Source: Octopus bimaculoides
Taxonomy: Eukaryota
Reading direction: 5' to 3'
DNA length: 64,000 nucleotides
Assembly: GCF_001194135.2 (NCBI RefSeq)
Contig: NC_068989.1
Span: 73,473,361 to 73,537,360 of the forward strand
Shown: piece after piece, positions 1-13,469 of the stretch
Numbering within the stretch: position 1 is the first letter of the stretch
Layout of the letters: each line of letters begins with the position of its first letter
Position numbers and translations under genes: made by a program
The notes under the pieces: generated by a model
Databases searched by the model: none
Told to the model about the DNA's origin: nothing
The model's input: only the letters and a program-made list of their open reading frames with translations

Positions 1-410
1 ATGCACTTAGATTGAACAACCATTGACATTTAAGCTTTTGTGCTTGTTTCTATTTGCTAACTTCATTTTTCCTGCTCTTATAGAAACCTGACATTGAATG
101 TTGACATGCTTCCAGCCACTACTGGCATTTTCTTTGATCCTGCTCTGCCCAATGGAAGATGGAGCTGTTACAGACCATCTTGGAAGGAGTGTAGATTCTT
201 TTGCTTCTCATCACGTGTCCTTGCCTTTTCCCACCCAGTAGCCTTTCCAGCATGAAGAAGGCCACTTATCTCTGTCAAATTATCAGTCAAAAATTATGAG
301 CTTTCTGGTCGATAACTTGGCAGAGAGGATCTGTATACTTAAGGCTCTGCTTTTTCAGTGGAAACAGCCATAAGCTAATGAAGTTCATAAAATAATTGCT
401 CATTCCTTTG

Positions 411-441
<31 letters not shown>

Positions 442-1163
442 NNNNNNNNNNNNNNNNNNNNNNNNNNNNNNNNNNNNNNNNNNNNNNNNNNNNNNNNNNN
501 NNNNNNNNNNNNNNNNNNNNNNNNNNNNNNNNNNNNNNNNNNNNNNNNNNNNNNNNNNNNNNNNNNNNNNNNNNNNNNNNNNNNNNNNNNNNNNNNNNNN
601 NNNNNNNNNNNNNNNNNNNNNNNNNNNNNNNNNNNNNNNNNNNNNNNNNNNNNNNNNNNNNNNNNNNNNNNNNNNNNNNNNNNNNNNNNNNNNNNNNNNN
701 NNNNNNNNNNNNNNNNNNNNNNNNNNNNNNNNNNNNNNNNNNNNNNNNNNNNNNNNNNNNNNNNNNNNNNNNNNNNNNNNNNNNNNNNNNNNNNNNNNNN
801 NNNNNNNNNNNNNNNNNNNNNNNNNNNNNNNNNNNNNNNNNNNNNNNNNNNNNNNNNNNNNNNNNNNNNNNNNNNNNNNNNNNNNNNNNNNNNNNNNNNN
901 NNNNNNNNNNNNNNNNNNNNNNNNNNNNNNNNNNNNNNNNNNNNNNNNNNNNNNNNNNNNNNNNNNNNNNNNNNNNNNNNNNNNNNNNNNNNNNNNNNNN
1001 NNNNNNNNNNNNNNNNNNNNNNNNNNNNNNNNNNNNNNNNNNNNNNNNNNNNNNNNNNNNNNNNNNNNNNAATTACTAAATAATTATTAATTGATTTATC
1101 AATATTTTCTTATTTTTCTTAAATAAATATAAATCTCGGTTTATCTAATCACCTTATTTTTGA

Positions 1164-1441
1164 ATCATCATCATCATTGTTTAACGTCCGCCTTCCATGC
1201 TAGCATGGGTTGGACGATTTGACTGAGGACTGGTGAAACCGGATGGCAACACCAGGCTCCAATCTAATTTGGCAGAGTTTCTACAGCTGGATGCCCTTCC
1301 TAACGCCAACCGCTCAGAGAGTGTAGTGGGTGCTTTTACGTGTCACCCGCACGAAAACGGCCACGCTCAAAATGGTGTCTTTTATGTGCCACCCGCACAA
1401 GAGCCAGTCCAGGGGCACCGGCAACGATCTCGCTCGAAAAA
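1164..1441 (-). mobile_element. RTE-a 3' UTR copy
   Basis: Same terminus and (CAT)n as 29961-30382. Confidence 0.85.
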
Positions 1442-2709
1442 CATTAAATATAATATTCAAAATAACTGATAGGTAATAAACCAGCAAATTCATTGGATTT
1501 TTTTATCCCTTAGTGGGGTATTTATGATATATCATGATATATATTAACTTGACAGAGAATATCCATATACTTAAGGCACTAGTTTTTCAGTCAAATAACA
1601 GGCGGGCTGTTCTATTGAAGAATCTATGTCCAAGATGTCTGAAATCTTTTCATTCTTCATAGCAACCAGATTTATTGACACCAAGACATTCTCTCTGATT
1701 TTATTACCATTGTTGCTGACACAGGCCTTCACAGTTTCCAAGGATTCCAGTTGTTAACCAAACAAACTGACAGACTAGTAATCAGAAACTAATACAGAAA
1801 GTAACATTATGCAAGTTTTTTATGAAGACAATGTAAATAAAAGTATCAAACTCTGGAAAACCAATAAAAAGTTTCTTTGGTATGCAACAGTAGCACACTC
1901 TTTAGATCCAATGTTTGCAGTTTGGTTACTTCGTTTCATTCACTCTGTCATTGCATATCTGGGGATTATGGAGGGAAAAAAAGTATTTAAAACCTAATTT
2001 GCATTCAGAATTTGCTGACTAGAAAATTCTTAACAATTATGTTTCACTAAGAAATAACAAGTAAAGTTTACATTACATCTGAATAGACAAAAAAAAAAAA
2101 AAAAAAAAAAATCAGAGACAAACCAAAGAAAATTCTAGAATACTTCTGTTGACTGTTGTTGTTGTTGTTGTTGTTGTTGTTATGTAAGCTTTAATAATTT
2201 CTACTTGAACATGTGCAGTCAAGCACAAATGGATTCTTGAGAAGCCTCGTCAGCAAACAGGTTTAAGTTCCTATCTGTTATTTAGACATTTCATGTATGC
2301 TGTTAATGTCAATGAGAATGACTGAGATGCCATAACTTACTTTATCTACTCAGCTTGAAAAATCTCGCGTATATTACTCCATATAAGAAGGCATTCTTGA
2401 TGCGCAAAAAAGGGATCACATACTTGTGAGGAGATCAGCCTGAAAGTTTTTTTTCTGTTGTTTAGCCCCTGCTTAGTATTACCTGAGCAGACCTATAACC
2501 ATCACGTTGTTTACCACCCTAACAATGTCTTGTCTGCTCCATACACAAGCATGTAAGACATAAAATAATGATGATGATGATGACAATGATGACTATGATA
2601 ATATATGAGTGTCAGTGTGCGGATACTGGTATGAACCATCCCTTTACATCAGAAGGAAATTTATAGAGTCAATGAAATAAGTACTTGGCTGAAGTACTGG
2701 CATTGAAAT

Positions 2710-2935
2710 ACTCTTTTACTTGTTTCAGTCATTTGACTGCGGCCATGCTGGAGCACCGCCTTTAGTTGAGCAAATCGACACTAGGACTTATTCTTTGTAA
2801 GCCTAGTACTTATTCTATCGGTCACTTTTGCCGAACCGCTAAGTTACGGAGACGTAAACACACCAGCATCGGTTGTCAAGCGATGTTGGGGGGACAAACG
2901 CAGACACACAAACATATACACACACACATACATAC

Positions 2936-2980
<45 letters not shown>

Positions 2981-3146
2981 TATGACGGGCTTCTTTCAGT
3001 TTCCGTCTACCAAATCCACTCACAAGGCTTTGGTTGGCCCGAGGCTTTAGTAGAAGACACTTGCCCAAGGTGCCACGCAGTGGGACTGAACCCGGAACCA
3101 TGTGGTTCGTAAGCAAGCTACTTACCACACAGCCACTCCTACGCCT
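2710..3146 (-). mobile_element. SINE-A: tRNA-derived SINE with a CORE-like box, internal (TA/TG)n linker and (AAAAGAGT)n tail
   Basis: Head AGGCGTAGGAGTGGCTGTGTGGTAAG..GGTTCAGTCCC (A/B boxes), then CCTTGGGCAAGTGTCTT, a microsatellite, a 3' body and GACTGAAACAAGTAAAAGAGT. Probably one of the published octopus OK/OR SINE families (not verified). Confidence 0.85.
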
Positions 3147-4276
3147 ATATATGTTTTTTTTTTTTTTTTTTAAACCTTCAGAAGGTGGTGCTCCAGTATG
3201 GTTGCTGTTTAAATGATTGAAACCAGAAATAGAAAAGCAGAATAACTCTATAAATTCTCTCACAATATAGTTGTGTCAGGTAATAAAATGTTGGATACAT
3301 TTTTAATAATGTATGTTATATTATTATATTATGTATTATATTCATTGGCAGTGTTGTCGTATTCTTCCATTCAGCTGTCATTGGAATGCCTCAGATATAT
3401 ATTGCTTTCAACACATGCTATATGTCAGCCCTTACTTAGTAATCATTATTCTGACACTTATTGACCTAACGTGAGGGATTTGATATTTGTTTTCATATGA
3501 TCGATAATAATAGCGAAACTGAATTCAGTGGATCAATGCTATTGTGAATTAAGTTAACCTATTCTTATAACCTGTTGTCCTTTCTCTGTAACAACAAATA
3601 ATTATGATCGAATATTATCCCACATTTTTTATATCAATATTAGTAAATACATTAATGAAGAAATGAACTAATATATCTGTTGCCTGAAGAACAGCAGAAT
3701 CCATAGAAACTAGTTGTTCTGCATTGGTGAAAAAGTAACATAATCAAAATAGAAGAATAAAGTTTATGTTGTGGAGAAAAAGAGAAATTAGACGTTTCCA
3801 GTAGAAACTTTTGTTAGGGAGAAAGGTTCAGTTCACATTAGTTTTCTCTCATCTTTCGTCTTTTTTAACCTGTTTCAGTTATTGGACTGTGGCCATGTTG
3901 GGGCACTGCCTTGAAGGGTTTTTGTTGGACAAATGAACCCCCAGTACTTTATTTCCTTTTTAAATTTGATACTTATTTTGTTGGTCTTTTTTTGCTGAAC
4001 CACTAAGTTATGAAGATGTAAACAAACCAGCACTGATTGCCAAGCAGTGGGTGGTGATAAAATAAGTACTAGTTGAGCACTGGATTCGATGTAATCAACT
4101 TACCCCATTCCCATAAATTGCTGGTCTTGTGCCAAAAATCTGAAATCATCATCGTCATCATCATTATCATCATCATCATCATCATCATTTTCAAATCCCT
4201 CCTGGGTTGACTTTGCTTTTCATTCTTACGGGATCAAGCAGTGGATGAGATAAAAATAGACACAAAGATGCACTCA

Positions 4277-4318
<42 letters not shown>

Positions 4319-4953
4319 TGCACAAAAGGTTTCCCTACAGTTTCCATTTACCAAATCCACTCACAAGGCATTGATCAGCCTGGGGCTATAGCAGAAGACA
4401 CTTGCCCAAGATGCTATGCAGTGGGACTGAACCCGAAACCATACAGCTGCAAAATGAGCTTCTTAATATACAACTATGCCTGCACCTATCTCTGATAGAA
4501 GGCCTTTGTCTGAAAACCTTAGATTCCTCTTCTTCCTGTTGGCATAAAATTTATCCAACTATATGAATTGTTTATCTTCAGTTCAATTGATTGATCCCTT
4601 TTAGGTTATAATACTTCACATCATTAGCTGTTTCCAGATCTGGCTGCTGCTTTTCACATTAAGGAAGCTTGCCATTTTCAACAGAAGGAATAATGTCTCT
4701 GAGCAAACATTGAAGTAGTTGTGGGGAAGAGGTCGGCTGATAGAAATGTTTCTGTTTTGTTTTCTCTTTCCTCTCTTATTAGTATCTTCTCTTTTCCATT
4801 TTCTTATTTGTTTTGTTTTTTACCAATATTTTGTTTATTTTNNNNNNNNNNNNNNNNNNNNNNNNNNNNNNNNNNNNNNNNNNNNNNNNNNNNNNNNNNN
4901 NNNNNNNNNNNNNNNNNNNNNNNNNNNNNNNNNNNNNNNNNNNNNNNNNNNNN

Positions 4954-5017
<64 letters not shown>

Positions 5018-5984
5018 CAGTTTTTCTTCTCTCTCTCTCTCTCTCTCCCTCTCCAATCTTTCCTCAAGCATGAATTAACAGCAATATAAAGAAAATCATA
5101 TTGTTTGTCCACTGCCACAACTTGACAACCAGTGTTGGTTTGTTTGTGTCCCCGTAACTTACCGGTTCAGCAAAAGCAACTGATAGAATGAAAAGCAATT
5201 AACGAGGAGCCCATAGTAGGGTGAGATCACATGATCTGGCAGTTTCAGCAGATGATTCTTGTCTGCCACTGATGTGTTTATGTGTACTCTTATGTGCCAT
5301 GTGTCCTTATGAGATTATGAGATTCTCTCGAGGTAAATGATAATGCTGTATTCTGTATTCGAATACAACCTTCATGTTAATTAAGATGGAGATCAAGGTT
5401 ACCTGACAGAATAAGTAACAGCCTTACAAAAAATCAATACTGGGGTTGATTTGTTTGACTAAACCCTTTAAGGCAGTGCCCCAGCATGGCCAAAGTCTGA
5501 TGACTGAAACAAGTAAACGGTCAATAATAAATGGTCTCTTTATCTTCTGAGTTCAAATCCCACAGAGAACGGGAGCTCAAAACAAAACCAATTGAAACAC
5601 ATACTGCAAGATGTCTTGGCTGATTCTATCAATGCTGCCAATCCAGTTTGCTGATCTGATATTTCATCGACCTGGAGAAGATGGAAAGCTAAGCAGTGTT
5701 CAGTGAGATTTGAACACTAGAGTACAGACAACAAGAACACAAACACTGTAAACTATTCTGTTCTATGGTCTCAGTCAGTATATATCTTATCTATAAACTG
5801 GAATCGATTCACTTGAATATTTATTATTGAGTTTGTTGTGTCAAATGAAAAGAAATCATATTGTTATTGATATTATCATCAACAAGATAACCACTACCAT
5901 TGCCACCATCTTTATTATTACCCTGCGTGCATAAGTGAAAGCAGGATATTGTAGTCGCTCATTATTATTATTATTATTATTATT

Positions 5985-7160
5985 CAGTAGTTTTATTTTT
6001 ATAACGTGCTTTCACTTCACTACCGAGCGCGCAGCTCTGTGCGCCTTGGGTATGTGCTGTGGTTTGCTGTGGTGCTCTTATGTTTACTGTATCGAAAGTG
6101 TTTTGCGTAGAATGTGTGCAGTACCCAGTAGTGCAATTTTCTGTATGTTATATATATTTGTAAGTCCTGGTGTTTTTGTTATGTATTTGTCTGAATATTT
6201 TTTTATTATACCTAAGGCACCTACTATGATAGGAATTGTTTCTGTTTTTAGATTCCACATTCGAGNNNNNNNNNNNNNNNNNNNNNNNNNNNNNNNNNNN
6301 NNNNNNNNNNNNNNNNNNNNNNNNNNNNNNNNNNNNNNNNNNNNNNNNNNNNNNNNNNNNNNNNNNNNNNNNNNNNNNNNNNNNNNNNNNNNNNNNNNNN
6401 NNNNNNNNNNNNNNNNNNNNNNNNNNNNNNNNNNNNNNNNNNNNNNNNNNNNNNNNNNNNNNNNNNNNNNNNNNNNNNNNNNNNNNNNNNNNNNNNNNNN
6501 NNNNNNNNNNNNNNNNNNNNNNNNNNNNNNNNNNNNNNNNNNNNNNNNNNNNNNNNNNNNNNNNNNNNNNNNNNNNNNNNNNNNNNNNNNNNNNNNNNNN
6601 NNNNNNNNNNNNNNNNNNNNNNNNNNNNNNNNNNNNNNNNNNNNNNNNNNNNNNNNNNNNNNNNNNNNNNNNNNNNNNNNNNNNNNNNNNNNNNNNNNNN
6701 NNNNNNNNNNNNNNNNNNNNNNNNNNNNNNNNNNNNNNNNNNNNNNNNNNNNNNNNNNNNNNNNNNNNNNNNNNNNNNNNNNNNNNNNNNNNNNNNNNNN
6801 NNNNNNNNNNNNNNNNNNNNNNNNNNNNNNNNNNNNNNNNNNNNNNNNNNNNNNNNNNNNNNNNNNNNNNNNNNNNNNNNNNNNNNNNNNNNNNNNNNNN
6901 NNNNNNNNNNNNNNNNNNNNNNNNNNNNNNNNNNNNNNNNNNNNNNNNNNNNNNNNNNNNNNNNNNNNNNNNNNNNNNNNNNNNNNNNNNNNNNNNGTCA
7001 TCTGCTGGTATTGATACATCAATTAGAAAGCATTTTTTTTCTTCATGATACTTGACAACTATATCTGGTCTATTGGCTTTAATTTCTCTATCTGTGTGTA
7101 TTGGCATATCCTAGAGTATGATTGCTTTCTCGTTTTCTGTGACCTTTTCTGGCGTGTGTT
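5985..7160 (-). mobile_element. 5'-truncated R4/Dong-clade non-LTR retrotransposon (restriction-like endonuclease domain plus 3' UTR) within (TAA)n
   Basis: Minus frame reads HTPEKVTENEKAIIL*DMPIHTDREIKANRPDIVVK...CFLIDVSIPADD[gap]RMWNLKTETIPIIVGALG...QKIALLGTAHILRKTLSIQ*, with the PD..D nuclease motif typical of R4/Dong. A TAG replaces the conserved W at 7113-7111. ATT repeats flank both ends (5961-5984 and from 7161). Confidence 0.85.
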
Positions 7161-7385
7161 TATTATTATTATTATTATTATTGTTATTATTATCATTATT
7201 ATTGTTATTATTGTTATTCATCATCATCATCGTTTAACGTCCGCTTTCCATGCTAGCATGGGTTGGACGATTTGACTGACGACTGGTGAACCAGATGGCT
7301 ACACCAGGCTCCAATCTGATTTGGCAGATATAATTGACTAGTCCCCACCCAACAAACTTGAGGCCTAATGCCTCCAGTAGGAACA

Positions 7386-7424
<39 letters not shown>

Positions 7425-7425
<1 letters not shown>

Positions 7426-7682
7426 GTTAGCAGAGATGTTATCCTAACATTTAGTGATAAATCTTCTCAAATATCAAGATTCTTTTGGGCTTCAAGTCCA
7501 ATATCCTTTGTCCTGTTATGAAGCAGTTTGGGCAATGTGCTGAGTGCACCAATTTACACCCTTTTGTTCCATAATCTCTTCATTTCTCTGCCTATGTTCG
7601 AATATTTTTCAATTTTCTCAGCTTCTTTCATATCTATTTTTACTATTATAACATGGTTGCTAAGTCAATGACCTTACACTAT
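7425..7682 (-). pseudogene. Older, degraded R4/Dong C-terminal relic
   Basis: Minus strand reads CKVIDLA / VKIDMKEAEKIEKYSNIGREMKRLWNKRV*IGALSTLPKLL, matching the IDxAxP..KExEKIEKY..LW..IGALG pattern, with stops and a frameshift. The 3' end abuts (TAA)n at 7384-7424. Confidence 0.65.
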
Positions 7683-7739
7683 TTGATGATGATAATCATC
7701 ATCATCATCAGCAACAGCAGCGTTATTAATTATTAATTA

Positions 7740-7786
<47 letters not shown>

Positions 7787-9041
7787 ACCACAAAGGATTT
7801 ATATATTGAAAAGTTGATTAACGTGAAGCAAATGAAGAGCGACAATCATGTCTAATGTTAATTCATCCAAGCATCGATTGAAACTAGTCATAGAAAATCA
7901 ATCCACCATGTTTTCAATGAGTGTTCAAATACTCAACAACTTGACAAACTGACAGCTTCCGGTGTAAAGTAAGCTGATTGTTTTCTTATCTACCCACGGT
8001 GTATAAATTGACCTGATCTCTGATCATCTTTCCCGAGATTTCTTCTCTAATTCTTCTTTCATTTGTTTTTATAAATGCTGTAATTCTCATCATTGTATTA
8101 GCTTGACTGCAGATATTAATCTAAAATGTTAAGTGAGCCAAATTTGAGACACTTATTTGCAGCCTCGTGGGAAATGCTTTAACAATTCTGCCATCCAATC
8201 ATCATTAGATTTTTTTTTCATTCTTTTACTTGTTTTCAGAGCTTGGATAGTAGCTGTTCTGGGACATCCCTTCAATTATTTAATTAATAATATCGACCCT
8301 AGTAATGATGTTACCAATATCTATTTTATTGAACCATGGAATTATCTTTGGACATAAAGGGATATAACATTAGTTTATGCCAGCAAACATAAACAGCAAC
8401 ACAGACATGTATACATTATAGATACACACATGCCATAAACATACTTGACAGGCTTCTGCAGTTTCCATATTCCAAATTCTCCTCACAAGGCATTGGTTCA
8501 TCTGAGACTACAGTTAAAGATACTTGCCCAAGCTGCAAAGTAGTGGGACTGAAAAGAGAACTTTGTTGCAAAACAAATTTCAAAGCCACATGGTTATGCT
8601 TGCATCTCCATATAGTTTGTATATGTATACATGTATAAAGGTGCAGGCATTGCTGTGTGGTAAGAAGCTTGCTTCCCAACCACATGGCTCCGGGTTCAGT
8701 TCCACTTGGTTGGCACCTTGGGCTAGTGCCTTTGGTTATAGCCTCAGGCCAACAAAAGCCTTGCAAGTGGATTTGGTAGACGAAAACTGTAAGAAGCTTG
8801 TTGCACATGTTCTTTTTTTTTCTTTTATTCTTTTACTTGTTTCAGTCATTTGACCGTGGCCATGCTGGAGCTCTGCCTTGAAAGGTTTTAGTCAAACAAA
8901 TTGACGTCAGGACTTATTTTTGAAGCCTAGTACTTATTCTGTCTGGCTCTTTTGCTGAACCACTAAGTTACAGATATATAAACACACCAACACTGGTTGT
9001 CAAGTGGTGATGGGGGGAACAAACACAGACACAAAGACACA

Positions 9042-9081
<40 letters not shown>

Positions 9082-12000
9082 NNNNNNNNNNNNNNNNNNN
9101 NNNNNNNNNNNNNNNNNNNNNNNNNNNNNNNNNNNNNNNNNNNNNNNNNNNNNNNNNNNNNNNNNNNNNNNNNNNNNNNNNNNNNNNNNNNNNNNNNNNN
9201 NNNNNNNNNNNNNNNNNNNNNNNNNNNNNNNNNNNNNNNNNNNNNNNNNNNNNNNNNNNNNNNNNNNNNNNNNNNNNNNNNNNNNNNNNNNNNNNGGTGC
9301 CATGCAGTGGAACTGAAACCAGAACCATGTGGTTGGGAAGCAAGCTTGTTACCACACAGCCTTGCCCATGTGTGTGTGTGTATGTGTTTGTCTGTGTTTT
9401 CCCCCTCCCCACTGCTTGACAACCAGTACAGGTGCCTTTATGTCCCTGTAACTTAGCAGTTTAGCAAAAGCGACTGATAAAATAAGTACCAGACTTTAAA
9501 AATATAAATACTGGGGTTGATACATTTGACTAAAACTTTTTCAAGGCAGTGCCCTACTATGGCTGCAGTTTAATGACTGAAACAAGCAAAAGATAAGATA
9601 TATATATATATATATAAAAGCAACTCTAGCAAATGAATGTGGTGGATGTGTGAACAGAATGCAATATTAATGACCTGAAAGATATTGAGTTCCAATCTCA
9701 TCTCTGGCTTGAATTTATATTGTCCTTAGACAAATCACATTATTAATATACCTGTGCTACAGTCTACATGTATTGCTATAGTACAAGTGTTAAGCTACGC
9801 TACGTATATAAGCAAATGTGCATACAGTCTCTTCACAAGCTGGAAAAGGGAAATTGACCCGTTTTCAGTCCTCCTTGTGGCAGTTCTTCTGAGAATGCAT
9901 ACTCACGTATCCATGATAAATTTTATGCGTATGTATATATNNNNNNNNNNATATATAGTCATTATTATTAAAGGGTACATTAAAATGGAAAATCCAATTT
10001 GCATAATAATTATTTTGCTAACACCTAGGTCAACTGTATGTTGATGTGTTGAGCAGCTGGTGTTCAGATAATATACTTGTACAGTAGCTTATATTATTAA
10101 TTAATTAAGAACATTTCATTATAAGCACTTAATGATTTACCTGTATAACCTACATAGCTCCAGGGAGTCTCTGCATGGCTGCTGGACTTGCCAAAAATTA
10201 AACATTACCATCATCATCATCATCATCATTGTTTAACGTCAGACTTCCATGCATGCATGAGTAGGATGGTTGCTGATCTACAAGGAAAAAGAAAGAAAAA
10301 AATCTTTGAAAAAGCAGGAGGAATAGATTGTTGAATTATGTAGTAACAAATAAACTTTGCTTAAAAATAAGTTGGGATACCAAATTGGCAGAGTCATTAG
10401 AACATCAGATTAAATTGCTTCCTGTTCTCTGTGTTCAGAGTTCAAATCCCATAGAAGCCAACTTCATTATTCATTCTTTTCAAATCAATAAAGTTCCAGT
10501 GTGGATACTGGACTGGTAGACTTGTTAAATCACTGGCTGGGATGCTTTGTGATAGTTATTCCAGTTCTGTGTGGTCTAGATACAAAGCCTTGCCCCTAGA
10601 CCACCATTTTTGGAAAGCAAACTCGTCTGGGCAGACAACAAAACCAGCAAAAGAAAAGAGAAAGAGACCTAAGGACAATCTGAGGGCATGTAGTGCCCTG
10701 TAGATAACTATCATGTTGATGGTACTACCACTGATATACACTTATCTGTGTACTTATATGAAGATATTGTATGTGAACTTGAATAAAATAACTGAAATAG
10801 ATAATAAAAATGAGTCCAAAGATATGTATATGAAAAAGAAAAGTAATGAGACTTAAGAAGTATAGATAAACCAGTGTAAATTATAAGTGAAGCTCTTTAA
10901 TAATCTTTTATCAATCGTTAAGTAGTCAAAATTAGACAGCATATAACAGAACGTGAGTGAGTATTTGAGAGTGGGTGATATTTTGTTAAAATAAAATTTT
11001 TATCATGCACTTCATCTCTTATATGCACACACACACACACATGCATGCACGCGTGAACAATATTTATTTTTAATTCTTGTTCTAGGTGTAAATTGTTCAT
11101 TTTCAATCTTAGGTCAGTGTTGTATTTTTTTACAGTCTGAAGCATGTTAATATTTCAATGAAAAAAAAATTTTTAAGTAAACAGAAATTGTTTAAATTGA
11201 ATGAGCTTACATATGAAATTCTTTTAGAAACAGATGAAGCATTAATGTTTATATTATAACTAAAACTATATATAAAAATCACCTTTGAAACCAGGGTCAT
11301 CTGTTGCATGAAAACTTAATGGTAAAATGGAAGCTCACATACCTAAAAAACAGTAAATCCAGATGACTAATTCTGATCAAAATTTCCAAGGGTGACAACT
11401 ATGAAATGTTTATTAAATAACATTGATTTAAAACTGAAATGGTTTCAATATTATGATGAAATAATTTTGCTTCCCAGGAAAAAATATTTGATGGTTAAAC
11501 TATAATATTCTAAGAGCATATTTAATATACTTGGTCAGTTCAACAAAAGTGATANNNNNNNNNNNNNNNNNNNNNNNNNNNNNNNNNNNNNNNNNNNNNN
11601 NNNNNNNNNNNNNNNNNNNNNNNNNNNNNNNNNNNNNNNNNNNNNNNNNNNNNNNNNNNNNNNNNNNNNNNNNNNNNNNNNNNNNNNNNNNNNNNNNNNN
11701 NNNNNNNNNNNNNNNNNNNNNNNNNNNNNNNNNNNNNNNNNNNNNNNNNNNNNNNNNNNNNNNNNNNNNNNNNNNNNNNNNNNNNNNNNNNNNNNNNNNN
11801 NNNNNNNNNNNNNNNNNNNNNNNNNNNNNNNNNNNNNNNNNNNNNNNNNNNNNNNNNNNNNNNNNNNNNNNNNNNNNNNNNNNNNNNNNNNNNNNNNNNN
11901 NNNNNNNNNNNNNNNNNNNNNNNNNNNNNNNNNNNNNNNNNNNNNNNNNNNNNNNNNNNNNNNNNNNNNNNNNNNNNNNNNNNNNNNNNNNNNNNNNNNN

Positions 12001-12233
12001 NNNNNNNNNNNNNNNNNNNNNNNNNNNNNNNNNNNNNNNNNNNNNNNNNNNNNNNNNNNNNNNNNNNNNNNNNNNNNNNNNNNNNNNNNNNNNNNNNNNN
12101 NNNNNNNNNNNNNNNNNNNNNNNNNNNNNNNNNNNNNNNNNNNNNNNNNNNNNNNNNNNNNNNNNNNNNNNNNNNNNNNNNNNNNNNNNNNNNNNNNNNN
12201 NNNNNNNNNNNNNNNNNNNNNNNNNNNNNNNNN

Positions 12234-12272
<39 letters not shown>

Positions 12273-12805
12273 AAACCACAAAACTTTTTTGGTATGCTTT
12301 CATAAAATATATGAAAATATATTCAAACATCTGATGACTTAAGAGGTAACAGGTTGCCCTATATTTAGGGTAACGTTTCTCTTTCTTTCTATCTCTCATA
12401 TACATGTGCACAGAAAGTTTTAACCCTTTTGCTATTATTAACCCTCTGAGACAAAATGTGGGGTTTTTTTTTTTATATATAAAATTGCTTGTTCTAAAGC
12501 ATTCAGATCTGAATGAAAACATTTCATAATTTTATCTAAAGAACCTTTGGATGACTTCTCATATATCATTTTTTGCCCTTCACAGTTTGAGATCATCCAT
12601 AATCCTCTTGCATTTCAATGTTTGTTGTTTTTGCCTAGCAAGGTTTACCCTCTTCAAACTGAAATAGATTACAGCTTTTTTTGATAAGTTGCATTTTAAA
12701 CATCATAATAGTCATCATCATCATTGCTCCAACCACCACCACCAGTAGTATCTGTCTGTCAGCCTGTATGTCTGTCCATACATACTTATGTCTGCATGGA
12801 CAGAT

Positions 12806-13191
12806 TGTTGTTGGCACTCCGTCGCTTACGACGTCGAGGGTTCCATTTGTTCCAATCAACGGAACAGCCTGTTCATGAAATTAATGTGCAAGTGGCTGAG
12901 CACTCCACAGACACGTGTACCCTTAACATAGTTCTCGGGGATATTCAGCGTGACACAGTGTGAGAAGGCTGACCCCTTTGAATTACAGGTACAACAGAAA
13001 CATGAAGTAAGAGTGAGAGAAAGTTGTGGGGAAAGAGTACAGCAGGGTTCGCCACCATCCCCTGCCGGAGCCTTGTGGAGCTTTAGGTATTTTCGCTCAA
13101 TAAACACTGACAACGCCTGGTCTGGGAATCGAAACCGCGATCCTATGACCGCGAGTTCGCTGCCCTAACCACTGGGCCATTGCGCCTCCAC
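12806..13191 (-). mobile_element. SINE-B1: tRNA-derived SINE with (CAA)n tail and a 12-bp TSD
   Basis: Head GTGGAGGCGCAATGGCCCAGTGGTTAGGGCAGC...GGTTTCGATTCCC; 3' stem-loop CGTCG-TAAG-CGACG; TSD GCATGGACAGAT at 12794-12805 and 13192-13203. Confidence 0.9.
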
Positions 13192-13469
13192 GCATGGACA
13201 GATACATATGTAGTATATCATATATGTACGTACGTAGTATACCATTGTAAGATTTGGACTCAAAACTCTATGTTACTAAATCCATTTGTGTTACCACTTA
13301 AAATGCTGTAGCCTAACTAAATATTTGATCCGACAATGTTCTCATGTGTCCATCTTTGGCAAATCTCTATGACTAAATATACATGTACTGCAGGCTGTGT
13401 ATTTATTACCAAGAGCAGATGGAATGGGGGGGGGGAAGTTAAGCTTGTGTATACTCGCATTTCATAAAC

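Noticed and set aside
84-255. Strong acceptor (CTAAC..TTTTTCCTGCTCTTATAG) followed by a 56-codon frame NLTLNVDMLPATTGIFFDPALPNGRW...
   Set aside because: No convincing donor, no recognisable homology and not ACER3-like; it needs transcript evidence.
12806-13191. tRNA-like sequences with A and B boxes
   Set aside because: They are SINE heads continuing into repeated bodies, without a complete cloverleaf, so not tRNA genes.
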